Counted from the first letter of the stretch, positions 1-10,233 are shown. The stretch: DNA of 48,508 nt from Candidatus Woesearchaeota archaeon (GCA_964399015.1 CAYNOY010000001.1:1-48508), one strand, 5' to 3'. Numbers and translations: made by a program. The notes: generated from the sequence alone by a model not told the origin.

Positions 1-3
1 ATA

Positions 4-513
4 ATGGTTGAAGTAGAAATTAGAGTTAAAACAAATGAATTGGCTACAAATAAATTGAGAAAGTTGGCTGACGAAAAATCAAGTTCAGAAGAAACTGATT
101 ATTATTATAAGTTTGGCAAGGATGATGTTCGGAGTTTTATTATACGTTTTAGATATAAAGATGGTAAAAAAATATTGACATTTAAGGGATCTTCGGTGCT
201 TGATACAGATACTGCTTGGCAAGAATGGGAGCAAGAAATAAAAGATCCAGATGTTTTGCGTAATCTTCTGAAATCTAATGGGTTTGAAGAATTTCTTGTA
301 ATTAAAAAGCATAGAACAAAATTTAGTTATGAAGATTTTGAAATTAATTTAGATAAAATAGAGAATCTTGGAGATTATATTGAAATTGAACTTATTGGAG
401 AAGATGCGAGTGCACTTAGGGAAAGAGTTATTACATTTGGAATAGAAAAGTTAGGTTTGGATTCTGGAGATCTTATTGAAAAGGGTTATGTAAAATTAAT
501 GCTTGGGGAATAA
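4..513 (+). CDS. CYTH-domain protein (class IV adenylate cyclase / triphosphate tunnel metalloenzyme-like)
   Basis: N-terminal VEVEIRVK matches the ExExK signature of the CYTH fold. The ~170 aa size and acidic C-terminal strands (IEIELIGED) also fit. Confidence 0.7.
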   Translation: MVEVEIRVKTNELATNKLRKLADEKSSSEETDYYYKFGKDDVRSFIIRFRYKDGKKILTFKGSSVLDTDTAWQEWEQEIKDPDVLRNLLKSNGFEEFLVIKKHRTKFSYEDFEINLDKIENLGDYIEIELIGEDASALRERVITFGIEKLGLDSGDLIEKGYVKLMLGE

Positions 514-596
514 TTATTTTTTGGGTGTTTTGTTTATAGATAGCTTTAAATAATATTTATTATTAGAATTTATATGAGGTTGATGATAGTTGATTA

Positions 597-1355
597 GTGA
601 AAATGGAATTTAGATTTTTTAAGGTGATTTTTGAGGAGCAGACATATATGAATTTGTTTTATTTGTTGCTTGCGTTTCCGTTGGGGATTTTTTATTTTGT
701 TTTTTTGGTGACTGGGGTTTCGTTGGGGGTGGGGCTTGCGATTACTTTGATTGGGATTCCGCTTTTGATTTTGATGTCGTTTTTATGGTATTGGATTGGG
801 ATTTTTGAGGGGCAGTTGACTTCTTCTATGTTGGATATTGATATTCTGCCTATAAGAAGTGGGGCTTTTGAACAGAAGAATTTCTTGCAGATTGTGATGA
901 AGCATTTGAGTGAGCCTATAACTTGGAGGAGTTTTGCGTATTTGTTGTTTAAGTTTCCTATGGGAATTTTGTCTTTTGTTAGTGTGGTTGTTTTGATTTC
1001 ACTTTCTTTGAGTATGTTTATTTCTCCTTTTATTTATTATTCAGGAGTTGATTATTTTGAAGAGGGATTTATTGTTTTAAATGGGAATCCTGTGATTACT
1101 GCGGATTGGCAAGTGTTTGTGTTATCTATTTTGGGGATTCTTTTGTTGTTTATTTCGCTTCATATTTTGAATGGTTTGGCGTATGTTTCTGGGATGATTG
1201 CTAAATCTTTTTTGAGTAAGAGGGTTAAGAGACGGGGTAGGCGAAATGGTTGGAAGGCAGATGTGAGTGTTGGAAAGAGTGTTGGTAGGAGAATAGTTGG
1301 GAAGAAGGTTGGGAAGAAGGTTGGTGGAAGTGGGGTTGGGAAGAAGAGAAGGTGA
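597..1355 (+). CDS. Multi-pass membrane protein with basic repeat tail (putative sensor-type membrane domain)
   Basis: Several hydrophobic helices. The C-terminus carries VGKKVGKKVGGSGVGKKRR repeats. The ORF opens with GTG; an ATG at 603 is an alternative start. Confidence 0.5.
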   Translation: MKMEFRFFKVIFEEQTYMNLFYLLLAFPLGIFYFVFLVTGVSLGVGLAITLIGIPLLILMSFLWYWIGIFEGQLTSSMLDIDILPIRSGAFEQKNFLQIVMKHLSEPITWRSFAYLLFKFPMGILSFVSVVVLISLSLSMFISPFIYYSGVDYFEEGFIVLNGNPVITADWQVFVLSILGILLLFISLHILNGLAYVSGMIAKSFLSKRVKRRGRRNGWKADVSVGKSVGRRIVGKKVGKKVGGSGVGKKRR

Positions 1356-1499
1356 ATGTTTGTGTGGAGGGGAGTTGGAAGGTGAGAGGTTTATTTAGGT
1401 TAAGGGTGGATTATTTTAGAAGATTTGGAGTGTTTTGTTCTTTAATGTGGTAAAACTAAAGTATATAAGTAAATATAAAGCATTAAAATCTATATATTC

Positions 1500-1646
1500 A
1501 TGGTTAAAAATGAATCAAAGCCTTTGAGTTTATTGAAGGAGTGTTATGGAACAAATGAATGGTCGGAGAATTCTGGAATTTGTCGTAATTGTAAGTTGAA
1601 AGAAGCTTGTGGTAAGGCTAAATTGAAGAACGCTGAAGGGATTTAG
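1500..1646 (+). CDS. Small Cys-rich protein (48 aa), hypothetical
   Basis: Hand-translated ORF, too short to appear in the ORF track: MVKNESKPLSLLKECYGTNEWSENSGICRNCKLKEACGKAKLKNAEGI. It contains a CxxCx5C motif. An A/T box lies about 30 nt upstream. Confidence 0.3.
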   Translation: MVKNESKPLSLLKECYGTNEWSENSGICRNCKLKEACGKAKLKNAEGI

Positions 1647-1734
1647 TTTTGGGTTCTTATGAATTAATGATATGAAATGAATATAAGTAATTTATCATAG
1701 TAATAATTAAAAAGTTGGATTTGGTGGATGAATT

Positions 1735-2088
1735 ATGGTTGTTGAATCAGAAAGTGATCCGAGTGAATTAGTTCAAGAATTGAAGGCACAGAATGCTATT
1801 CTTAGGGGGCAGGTTGCAGGTTATGAGTCTCGGATAAAATCGTTAGAACAGGCAATAGGGAAAGATAAGAAAAGGGAGAAGAAAGATTCGGGTATTGAAT
1901 GCGGGATACTTAAACATGAAGATGGAGATGGAGAGATTCAAATTTTAGGGAGAGGGAAAGTGGTTTGTCCATATGTTGGAACACATGAAGGAACTCTTAC
2001 TGGGACATTTCAATATTGTAAATTACTTGGAGGTAAACCTCTTTCAGGAACTATGGAAGAATGTAGGCATAGTAGGTATAGGGGTTAA
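1735..2088 (+). CDS. Hypothetical protein, N-terminal coiled coil and Cys-containing C-terminal half
   Basis: ORF only. No family recognised. Confidence 0.4.
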   Translation: MVVESESDPSELVQELKAQNAILRGQVAGYESRIKSLEQAIGKDKKREKKDSGIECGILKHEDGDGEIQILGRGKVVCPYVGTHEGTLTGTFQYCKLLGGKPLSGTMEECRHSRYRG

Positions 2089-2159
2089 TGTTTAAGGTGG
2101 AAATTATGATTTATTGGGAGTGTAGGATATAAAATAAATTAATTGGTTTTTATGATTAG

Positions 2160-2810
2160 ATGAATATGGCTGAAGATGGATATATTTTAAGGCGAGGAAT
2201 TTTGTTGAGACAGAGGTGGTGGTTAAATGGGAGAAGTGGGGAGCAGGTGGAGAATGGGGTTGGGGCTGATGGGGTTATTGAAGAGATTGTGCAGAATCAT
2301 GAACTTTATGAGTATATGAGAGATTTTGTTGATGGGAAGGGGCTTGGTTTGGGGAGATTTATTTCTGTGCCTGATGATGAGAATGTGATTAATGTTACTT
2401 ATGGAGTTGTTTTGACGGGGAATCTTCTTAGGCCTTTTAGTGTTGAGCAGTATTTGGGTTTTTTGAATCCGCCGAAGATTGAGTATGATATAAGGTTGGA
2501 AGATTATACTAGGTATGAGACTCGTTGTTTTCCGAGTGAAGATGATGTTTTTCAGGGACTTGTTAATATTGTGCAGTGTCCGAAGAGGTGTACTGTTGAT
2601 TTTGCTGAGTTGCGGGGGATTGGTGTGGTTGGGGGTTGTGGTGGTGGTGGTGGTGAATGTGGGAGTGGTGGTAGTGGTGATGGTGGTGAGGGAGATGGTG
2701 ATGAGCGAAAGCGAATTGAGGGTTGTGGTGAGTTGGGTGATGGTAGGGTGATGAAGTTGGAGAGAGGTGAGTTTGGGATTGGAGAAGGGGATTTTAAGTG
2801 GGTTGATTGA
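2160..2810 (+). CDS. Hypothetical protein with Gly/Cys-rich low-complexity tract
   Basis: ORF with GGCGGGGGECGSGGSGDGGEGDGDE, encoded by a (GGT)n-like tract at about 2630-2700. Confidence 0.4.
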   Translation: MNMAEDGYILRRGILLRQRWWLNGRSGEQVENGVGADGVIEEIVQNHELYEYMRDFVDGKGLGLGRFISVPDDENVINVTYGVVLTGNLLRPFSVEQYLGFLNPPKIEYDIRLEDYTRYETRCFPSEDDVFQGLVNIVQCPKRCTVDFAELRGIGVVGGCGGGGGECGSGGSGDGGEGDGDERKRIEGCGELGDGRVMKLERGEFGIGEGDFKWVD

Positions 2811-2928
2811 TGAGTTTTAGAATTGTTTAAGTGGTGAGAACGTAATTATTGAAACTTGATTTTCTTTTTCAGGATATTAGGTATTATAATTGCCATTTAA
2901 AATTTTCATAAATATTTAGGAATTAAAC

Positions 2929-4323
2929 TTATCTAAAGGAACTTGGTGTTGAGGGTCTACTGAAAGTGGGAGTCGAAGGTCTGCTAAAAGTTGGTCTTGA
3001 GGAACTTGGCCGTGAAGGTTTACTATAATTATTTGAGGGTTTATTAAAGTTACCATAGTTTGGATTACTAAAATTGCCTTTTAATCCGGGGTATCTATTT
3101 CCAGAATTATTTGACCTCTGTCTGAATGTTTCCCTAATGCCTGGAATTTGTGAAGGTCTCGTATGTGTTTTTGCATTCTCACCTTGAGTAGGAGTATTCA
3201 TATTCCTTAAAGAATTGCCTTGACCATATTGTTGTTTAAAACTATCAATTAATCCGGGCATTTGTGAAACTCTATTTTGTAACTTACCTGAATTAGTGGG
3301 GGGATGTAATGGGGATGTATTTTGGGGTCTTAGTGATTGGTGTGGCCCATGTAAACTTGTTGACGGATTATTTTTAAAGGCATTTAACTGGTTTGTTGAT
3401 GGATTATATCTTTGATGTACACTTAATATATTTTGATGATAACTTTCTTCTAATGAATGCCCTGCTTTTGGAACTCCGTAATATTCATTAAACTTTATTC
3501 CACCTTTAATTTTAGTTGCATCATTTCCAGAAGATGTATAAAATTTATTCCATGAAATTTTTATTGCATCTTTTCCAATAGGAATTTTAAATCCAAATCC
3601 GATTACATTATCACTATCTGGTTTAATTAATTGAAGATGTGGTAAGGGGGTTGTTGTTACATGATCATTATCTTTAAAACTTTTCTTTTCACCTATATTT
3701 TGATATATTTTAATTTCTTTCACTCCTGCTTTTATTGCTGCAGCCTTTACTCTAAGTAAATAGCCAGGGCCATCTGCCATTGGAGGAGCTATTAAATGAA
3801 GTGTTTCTGCTTTAACTTGTCCTGCATTTGCTAAATTAATAAACTCATAGCCTCCTTGACTATGGCACCATGCATCTGAGATTATTAATTTTTTAATTCC
3901 TTTTTCTTGATCTCCAATACCTACAAATGGAACTCCCACATGGCTCGCAACACAATTTATTGAATTTAAGATTTTATTCCCTGTCCAATTTGAAGATAAT
4001 ACATGATCATATGTTTCCCCGAATGGATTGGTTGCACCTTGAAATTTTTTGGTTTGTGCATCATCAATTCCATTTGAAAATCCTATAAATGATGCATTAT
4101 CTGAATAAACTGTTCCAGGTTCTGAATTTAGCTTTTGATTTAAAGTGACATATTTCTGAGGAAGATTACGCTGAATTTTTGGAATTGTAGTTGCGGATTT
4201 TTGAGAATTATTTTGATTTATTGCTCTTCTTCTAAACCATCCGGCATTTGAACTTTCTATCGAAGAAAATGTAGTTCCAGCAAGAACCATTGCAACCAGT
4301 GATGCTTTAATTAATTTTTTCAT
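2929..4323 (-). CDS. Secreted protein, possible alpha/beta-hydrolase (lipase/esterase-like), with N/S/P-rich repeat tail
   Basis: Signal-peptide-like N-terminus MKKLIKASLVAMVLAGTTFSS. CHSQGG resembles a GxSxG nucleophile elbow. The C-terminus has tandem RPSTPTFS-type repeats. Confidence 0.4.
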   Translation of the reverse strand: MKKLIKASLVAMVLAGTTFSSIESSNAGWFRRRAINQNNSQKSATTIPKIQRNLPQKYVTLNQKLNSEPGTVYSDNASFIGFSNGIDDAQTKKFQGATNPFGETYDHVLSSNWTGNKILNSINCVASHVGVPFVGIGDQEKGIKKLIISDAWCHSQGGYEFINLANAGQVKAETLHLIAPPMADGPGYLLRVKAAAIKAGVKEIKIYQNIGEKKSFKDNDHVTTTPLPHLQLIKPDSDNVIGFGFKIPIGKDAIKISWNKFYTSSGNDATKIKGGIKFNEYYGVPKAGHSLEESYHQNILSVHQRYNPSTNQLNAFKNNPSTSLHGPHQSLRPQNTSPLHPPTNSGKLQNRVSQMPGLIDSFKQQYGQGNSLRNMNTPTQGENAKTHTRPSQIPGIRETFRQRSNNSGNRYPGLKGNFSNPNYGNFNKPSNNYSKPSRPSSSRPTFSRPSTPTFSRPSTPSSFR

Positions 4324-4660
4324 TATTACTAATATACTTAGGACTATTTATATTCTTTCAGTATTAAAAATATTTTAAATATTCTAATTAGAGTTTTTCT
4401 CAAATTAATAATTTTTTGGGTGACTACAACAGGTTATTTTTTCTTTTTTGTGGACACCTTGAATTATGTAGGTTGTTGGGAGGGGATTAATCTCGTAAAA
4501 TATTCAAAAAACGAAACATTAAAATACTATTAATTCTTATAATAATCGTGAAGATTCTCATGTAGCGGCTTTAATAGTTTCGGACGAGGAAGCCTTAACT
4601 GAGACATGGGGGTCTTAAAACCCCATCTTTACAAAATAATTTTTTAAAAATAGTAGTAAA

Positions 4661-4891
4661 TTATTTCCCCATCAACTCTCTCTGATTAAAATATATCATA
4701 ATCACAGCCCCCAACAGAAATACCCAATCAACAAATACAGCCAACCCTACACAAACTAATGCAATTAAACTATTAATAACAACTTTCCAATTTATACTCT
4801 TATTCTTATTCTTAGAACCCTTAATCTTCTTCACCTTTTTCATTTTATCTTTCACCTTTTCTTTTTGTTTCATTTTAATTTTATCAACCAT
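4661..4891 (-). CDS. Small Lys-rich single-pass membrane protein
   Basis: ORF with one transmembrane helix. Its start shares one nucleotide with the stop of the upstream Bro-N gene, which suggests coupling. Confidence 0.4.
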   Translation of the reverse strand: MVDKIKMKQKEKVKDKMKKVKKIKGSKNKNKSINWKVVINSLIALVCVGLAVFVDWVFLLGAVIMIYFNQRELMGK

Positions 4892-5781
4892 TATTCTTCT
4901 ATTCCGATAATTAACTTCTTTAACTTTTTCTTTTGTTTCTTTTCTTCCCTAACTTTTTCTTCTTCTTTATCTAAGTAATTTTCATCATTAATAATACTTT
5001 CGCCAGTTTCTTCTTCTAATTCGGTTCTTGCATTCTTTGCAATGTCTCCTCCTTTCCTGGAAACTTCAATATGCTCTTCAAATTCTTCGGGATTTTGAGT
5101 TCTTTCAATCTCAGCTGTAGATGCTTCTCCAAGCATATTAAAAATTAATTCTAAATCTGTCATATGGTCTCTTAAGTTTTCGTTTTCTCTATCTAATCCC
5201 TTTAATTCTTTATACTCTTTTGGAGTTATTCCAAAACTAGCCTTAGAAATCTCTGCTGTTAGGATTGCAAAATCACTTTGTTCTTCAATACCTCTCTTTT
5301 TCCATTCATCTGTTAAATCTTGCCTTACTGCAATCCCCCTTAATCTTCTGTTAATCCATTCCTTAGAATATCCTTTTTTTTCATAAATTCCTTTCATCCT
5401 TTCTTGTGCTAATTCAGGATTCTCAATTTCTTCAATCCTTTCACTTCCAACCCTTGCAAGCCATAACTTGAATGGTTCTGCTTTTTTTGAAGGAATAGAT
5501 TGAATAATTCTAAATATTGTTTCTTTATTTGCACAATCTGTTAAATAATATTTTTTATCAGAAGATTTTAATTTCAGTTGGTGACAATTTGTCACCATCT
5601 CATTTCCTTCATCACGCAATCTTTGAATTAATTTATTCCAATATTTTCTAGCTTTTTGAAAATCTTCTTGTTCAGTCAAAATCGCAACAATATCCACAAT
5701 AGAATAAAACCATTCATCTTCATGCCAAATTCTTCTTATTTCTTTATTTCCAAAAACAATCAATTTTTTATCTTCACTCAT
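4891..5781 (-). CDS. Bro-N domain protein (DinD/antirepressor-like)
   Basis: The N-terminus FGNKEIRRIWHEDEWFYSIVDIVAILT is typical of BRO N-terminal domains. The C-terminus is acidic and charged. Confidence 0.6.
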   Translation of the reverse strand: MSEDKKLIVFGNKEIRRIWHEDEWFYSIVDIVAILTEQEDFQKARKYWNKLIQRLRDEGNEMVTNCHQLKLKSSDKKYYLTDCANKETIFRIIQSIPSKKAEPFKLWLARVGSERIEEIENPELAQERMKGIYEKKGYSKEWINRRLRGIAVRQDLTDEWKKRGIEEQSDFAILTAEISKASFGITPKEYKELKGLDRENENLRDHMTDLELIFNMLGEASTAEIERTQNPEEFEEHIEVSRKGGDIAKNARTELEEETGESIINDENYLDKEEEKVREEKKQKKKLKKLIIGIEE

Positions 5782-5845
5782 TTTTAACCCTCTCCATTCA
5801 ATAACTTATTTTTAAATCACTTACTCTTAATAAAATTATCTAGAT

Positions 5846-7522
5846 CTATCGACTCTTAATAAATTCTCTCAATAACCTCAAAACATCTTCTTGCTTGTTG
5901 GGAAGGAAATTAATTGAACCTGCGTTCTTGTGGCCGCCGCCTTCTACGAATGCGTTAGGTAGCTTTTTATTTAACAATGTGATAAGTTCGTGAACTGAGA
6001 AGTTTGCTTCGTCTGTTGCTCTCATTGTTAGGGCAGTGTTCATTACACCTACTGATACTAGGCTCGTGATACCTTTTGTTTTCTGTAAATCATCGTGAAC
6101 CATTCCTACGCACATGCCTGGCTTTGGATAGAATCCGAAACCTGGGAATGTATGATCGATGTCTAGAGTTTGTAATGTGACTTTGTTGTTTGATTTTGTT
6201 GTTATTTCTTCTGTCTTTGCGTTAGCATTTGAAATAGCTAAACCTTTTGCTTGAAGTTTTCTGATGTGTGGTGCAAGAAGAGCTACTAATGCTTTTTGTT
6301 TTTCTCTAGGTTGTCCGAATATTGTTTCCATATATTCTCTGACTTCCATGAATCTAACTTTTGCAGATACAAAGTCAATTACTGTTGAAATGTCATGAAG
6401 AAGGTCTTTTGAGTAACCTTCTTTCTTTGCGATAGCTAAATAATCTTCGATTATTTTGGGGTTTGCTAATTCTATTCTGTCAGCTAAACCTGCCATTGCT
6501 GGAATTTGTGTTATGTTTTCTACCTCGGGGTTGATTAGTCTTGCTAATTCTGTACAAAGCATACCTGCTGAAAATGCTGAGCCGTTTTCTCCCACTAAGA
6601 ATGGGTTAATGTGTACTAGAACTTCTTTACTTATTACGTCTTCTTCTGAGAAGTGGTGGTCTACAACTATGAATTTCATTCCGTGGACTTTTCCGTGTTT
6701 GATTGCTAAAAGATCTTCTGGGCTTGAGCCGTTGTCTGCGATTATTACTAGGGGCATTTTGTTTGAGAACTTTGCTACGTTTCTTAGTGATTGTGCTGCG
6801 TCTCTGATTGCGTCATCGATTTCATAGAATGGTGCTGCGCAAGGAGCTCTTAGGAAAAATTCCCATGCTGCTTTTTCTGATGATTGTTCTTTTAAGATTA
6901 AAGGTAAGATTGCTCTTTCTAGTGCAAAACCTGCAGAGTAACCGTCTGTATCATTGTGGTGTCTTACGATTATTGGTCTGTTTTGAATTACTGCTAATCT
7001 TATTTCAGTTGCAGCATTTACGAATCTGTCTTTTAATTTGTCTAGTATTGGGCTTTTTACTAAGAATGGTACTGGTTCGATTGCTGCTCTTTCTTTTTGA
7101 GTGTTTAATATTTTTTCTAAATATTCTTCGTGTTCGTCTTCGCTTAGCTTTGAGATGTTTTTGATTTCTCCTTCTAATTCGCCCTTGAATTCTTCGACTT
7201 GGATTCTTGCTTTGATTACGTCTCCTTCTTGGATTTCAGGGTAAGCTCTTTCTCCAGGTCCTTCGAATCCTTTTAGTCCTAGTGTTGCTGTTCCGTCAGA
7301 TGTTATGAAAATTGTTGGTCCGCCTGTTTGAACAATTCTTTCTACAACTCCAGTTACTTGAAGTGATTGTTTTGTCATATCAGAGTTTATTTCAGATAGT
7401 TGTATTTCTTTTGTTTCTTCAAACTTTGCTTTTTCTTCTCTAACAAAAGGTTTGTCTCTCTGGAAGTTTGGTTTACCAAATGGTTTTTTATTTTGTTTTG
7501 GATTGAATTTTTGTTTTGCCAT
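5846..7522 (-). CDS. Archaeal RecJ/Cdc45-like DHH-family nuclease with N-terminal OB fold
   Basis: DHH motifs are present: HHNDTDGYSAG, ADNG, and VVDHH. The DHHA1 GGGH motif (EGGGHKNAGS) is present. An OB-like N-terminal region is present. Confidence 0.75.
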   Translation of the reverse strand: MAKQKFNPKQNKKPFGKPNFQRDKPFVREEKAKFEETKEIQLSEINSDMTKQSLQVTGVVERIVQTGGPTIFITSDGTATLGLKGFEGPGERAYPEIQEGDVIKARIQVEEFKGELEGEIKNISKLSEDEHEEYLEKILNTQKERAAIEPVPFLVKSPILDKLKDRFVNAATEIRLAVIQNRPIIVRHHNDTDGYSAGFALERAILPLILKEQSSEKAAWEFFLRAPCAAPFYEIDDAIRDAAQSLRNVAKFSNKMPLVIIADNGSSPEDLLAIKHGKVHGMKFIVVDHHFSEEDVISKEVLVHINPFLVGENGSAFSAGMLCTELARLINPEVENITQIPAMAGLADRIELANPKIIEDYLAIAKKEGYSKDLLHDISTVIDFVSAKVRFMEVREYMETIFGQPREKQKALVALLAPHIRKLQAKGLAISNANAKTEEITTKSNNKVTLQTLDIDHTFPGFGFYPKPGMCVGMVHDDLQKTKGITSLVSVGVMNTALTMRATDEANFSVHELITLLNKKLPNAFVEGGGHKNAGSINFLPNKQEDVLRLLREFIKSR

Positions 7523-7586
7523 GTTATTGTTTGTTCTGTATTTTATTATTAGTTATATTTAGTTTAATTATTTTGGGTTTATAATA

Positions 7587-8030
7587 CTATTGGGTAGGGT
7601 CTATTGAATCTGCTTGGTGATAATCTATGTCTGTTTTTACTGGGCTATGACCCCTTCTTATTACATCGTTTCTTTCAGTAATTGATCTTCTTACTAATGA
7701 TTCTTCAAAATGTTTTGTAGGTCTTTCAAAATCCTCTTCTTTTTCAAAACTTAATATTGATTCTAATTGCATTCTTATTATTCTTTGTGTATCTGGATCT
7801 AATTCAGTGTTTTCTGCCATTAGTTTCAATCCTTCTGCATCTTCGTATCTTGCGAATACCTTGTAGGCAAGTTCAGGATCTTCTCGGATAAGTTCCATTC
7901 TATTCCTATTAGAGTCTTGAATAACTTCGTGATACCACTTAGTTTGACCGCAGTCCTTACTTTTTACAGGATATTGAGGATTATTTTCAGTGTAATCTTC
8001 TAATCTAATGTATGATTTTTCTTTTGCCAT
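7587..8030 (-). CDS. Hypothetical protein
   Basis: ORF only. Confidence 0.4.
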   Translation of the reverse strand: MAKEKSYIRLEDYTENNPQYPVKSKDCGQTKWYHEVIQDSNRNRMELIREDPELAYKVFARYEDAEGLKLMAENTELDPDTQRIIRMQLESILSFEKEEDFERPTKHFEESLVRRSITERNDVIRRGHSPVKTDIDYHQADSIDPTQ

Positions 8031-8095
8031 CTTAATATTATAGAATTATTTTATTATATAAAGGTTTCGGTTTTGTAATTACTGAGTAGTTACAA

Positions 8096-8815
8096 TTATT
8101 TGCCTTCAGCTAGATCTTCAATTGAAGGTTCGTCTTTCTTTGATTCTTCTGAAGGTGTTTCTTCTTTTGATTCAGTTTCGGATTCTTCTGTTGATTCTGA
8201 TTCTTTATCTTCTGAAGGTTTTTTTTCAGATTCTTCATTTGATTCTGATTCAGTTTCTTTGTCTTCACATTTACAGTCTTCTTCGCCTGTTTTACAAGGG
8301 TCTGTATCTGAGCAACTGCATTCGCTTCCACATGAACTTTCTGTTGGTGGTTGCATCATCTTTTCTAATTCTTCTGGACTGAATTCTTGATAGTCTATTA
8401 ATTTAATTTTAAAGTAAAGTGTTTTTCCTGCTAATGGGTGATTGATGTCTAGTGTTATGTCTTGGTCTGATACTTCTATGATTTTTGCAGGCATTTGTTG
8501 ACCCTGAGGTGCTTGCATCATAAGCATCATTCCGGGTTTTGGTTCTTGATCTTGAGGTAGCACGTTTCGAGGAACTTTTTGTTTAAGTTCTTCTTTGTAA
8601 TCTCCGTAACCTTCTTCTGGTTTGATTGTGATTTCTTTTTCTTCTCCTTTTTCCATTCCTATTACTGCGTTATCGAATCCTGGTACAACCATTCCTACGC
8701 CTGATACAAATTCTAAGGGTGCTTTTCCTTCTGAAGTATCGAATACTTCCCCTTCTTTGTTATCGAATCTTCCTTCGTATTCGATTGTTACTTTGTTGTT
8801 TTTTTCAACTGTCAT
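8096..8815 (-). CDS. slyD: FKBP-type peptidyl-prolyl isomerase, SlyD-like, with Cys-rich acidic tail
   Basis: FKBP core VTIEYEGRF...VVPGFDNAVIGMEKGEE, followed by an insert-in-flap-like segment. The tail CGSECSCSDTDPCKTGEEDCKCED resembles metal-binding SlyD tails. Confidence 0.8.
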   Translation of the reverse strand: MTVEKNNKVTIEYEGRFDNKEGEVFDTSEGKAPLEFVSGVGMVVPGFDNAVIGMEKGEEKEITIKPEEGYGDYKEELKQKVPRNVLPQDQEPKPGMMLMMQAPQGQQMPAKIIEVSDQDITLDINHPLAGKTLYFKIKLIDYQEFSPEELEKMMQPPTESSCGSECSCSDTDPCKTGEEDCKCEDKETESESNEESEKKPSEDKESESTEESETESKEETPSEESKKDEPSIEDLAEGK

Positions 8816-8898
8816 GTTTTTTTGTAGTTGGAGGGGTTTAAAAGGTTATTGGTTTTGGAGTGTTTTGGTTGTTTTTGAGGTTGGATGGGGTGCAGATT

Positions 8899-8978
8899 TT
8901 TTCCGTCGCGAAAAGCCGCTCATGAAATCGCTTTCTCTTTTCGTCCCCTGAATAATGTTATGTTGTCAAGAATTTAAT
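8899..8978 (+). repeat. Family-1 structured intergenic element, copy 1
   Basis: Outer stem CGAAAAG (8909-8915) pairs with CTTTTCG (8937-8943). The tail is ATGTTGTCAAGAATTTAAT. Confidence 0.8.
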
Positions 8979-9102
8979 CGTGAAAGGGTAATTTTTGTTT
9001 ATCGTTTGGAGTTATGATTTATGGAATGAGTTTGAAGGGTTGTGAAGAGGAGTTTTTTTAAAACTTAGAAATATTTAATAACTATCTATTTTTCTATATT
9101 TG

Positions 9103-9507
9103 ATGGATTATAGAATATTATTGATACCTGTTTTGGGATTTATTATTGGTTATTTTACTAATTATCTTGCTATTAAAATGTTATTTTATCCACGGAAAGG
9201 GATTTGGGGTATTCAGGGAATTTTGCCTAGGCAAAGGAAAGAGATTGCTAAGAGGGTTGGTGAAGTTTCTGTTAGATTGTTGCCTTCTGAAGTTTTGAAA
9301 GTTGGAAGGATTCCAATTATTGGTTCTGCAGTTATGGATTACCTTAAGGGTTCTATTGAAAATCAGATTAATTCTCTTTCGTTAGATGAATTGGAGGATA
9401 TTGTTTTCAAGGTTGCTAGGAAAGAATTGAAATTTATTACCTGGATTGGAGGAGTGATTGGGTTTTTGATTGGGTTGGTGCAAGTGGGATTGGTTTTTTT
9501 AGTTTGA
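9103..9507 (+). CDS. DUF445-like membrane protein
   Basis: GYFTNYLAIKMLFYPRK resembles the DUF445 signature. The ORF opens with TTG at 9100; the ATG is at 9103. A TATA-like AATATTTAATA lies about 30 nt upstream. Confidence 0.5.
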   Translation: MDYRILLIPVLGFIIGYFTNYLAIKMLFYPRKGIWGIQGILPRQRKEIAKRVGEVSVRLLPSEVLKVGRIPIIGSAVMDYLKGSIENQINSLSLDELEDIVFKVARKELKFITWIGGVIGFLIGLVQVGLVFLV

Positions 9508-9550
9508 GAACTTTTGTAGAAGTTTGTTTAGGGATTGTGGGATTATGTTA

Positions 9551-10108
9551 TTAATCTTTATTAATAATCCGATATGCTAATACTCCGAAGACTACTAGTA
9601 TTAATAATAATGAAATGAATGTTACGATTTTATTGTCGAAGTTTGTTACGATTCCTTCGAACACTAGGATGCCGCCTGTTGCTAGGCCGGTTATTTGGAT
9701 TAAAAGTTCTTTATAGAATAGGCCTGTTAATAGGAGTGCGAATCCGATGAAGGCTAAGATATAATATCTTATTTGGTTGTAGTCGTCATTTGCTTGTTCC
9801 CAGTCTTCGTTGCATTGATAGTTTCTATCGCAGTATCCGTTTATGATTTCTGGAGTGTCTGGATTGTTTATTGCTCTTGCAGGATATGATTTTCCTTCAG
9901 GGTTCCAATTGCCTCCGATTGCTTCGCATCTTTCTTGAGTTTCAATTATTTCTTGAGTTTTGAATTCTCCGCAAAAGTCATTGTATTCGGGTTTTTCAAG
10001 AAATATGCTTAGACCTACATTTACTAAAGAGACTACTATTACTGTTAAGATAATGCTTACTAAGATTGATAATGCTAGCTTGTTTAGAGATGTTTTCTTT
10101 TTTGGCAT
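9551..10108 (-). CDS. Membrane protein with Cys-rich extracytoplasmic domain, hypothetical
   Basis: An N-terminal transmembrane helix, a Cys-containing middle region, and C-terminal transmembrane helices. Confidence 0.4.
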   Translation of the reverse strand: MPKKKTSLNKLALSILVSIILTVIVVSLVNVGLSIFLEKPEYNDFCGEFKTQEIIETQERCEAIGGNWNPEGKSYPARAINNPDTPEIINGYCDRNYQCNEDWEQANDDYNQIRYYILAFIGFALLLTGLFYKELLIQITGLATGGILVFEGIVTNFDNKIVTFISLLLILVVFGVLAYRIINKD

Positions 10109-10233
10109 GTATTACTTAGGGGTTTTGAGTTTATAATAGTTTTGATAGGTTCTAATTGGTTTGTGGTTATGGGTTGGGGGGATGGTGGATTAGTTGGATT
10201 TGGTTTGGTTGATTGTGTTTGAAGGTATAAATG

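Noticed and set aside
4545-4605. Possible C/D-box sRNA (GTGAAGA ... CTGA) in the 4324-4660 gap. A second candidate is the ATGATGA box at about 35497.
   Set aside because: The box C match is imperfect. There are no convincing internal C'/D' boxes or terminal stem. The 35497 box has no D box (CTGA) within range.
8961-8978. Mini-ORF ATG TTG TCA AGA ATT TAA (MLSRI) in the family-1 tail, and short MSxW... ORFs starting at the ATGTCA of family 2
   Set aside because: The ATG is missing in four of the nine family-1 copies. In family 2 the codons lie in hairpin arms that vary with compensating changes and alter the amino acids. This argues for structure, not coding. The single synonymous TTG/CTG difference in copy 3 is too little evidence.
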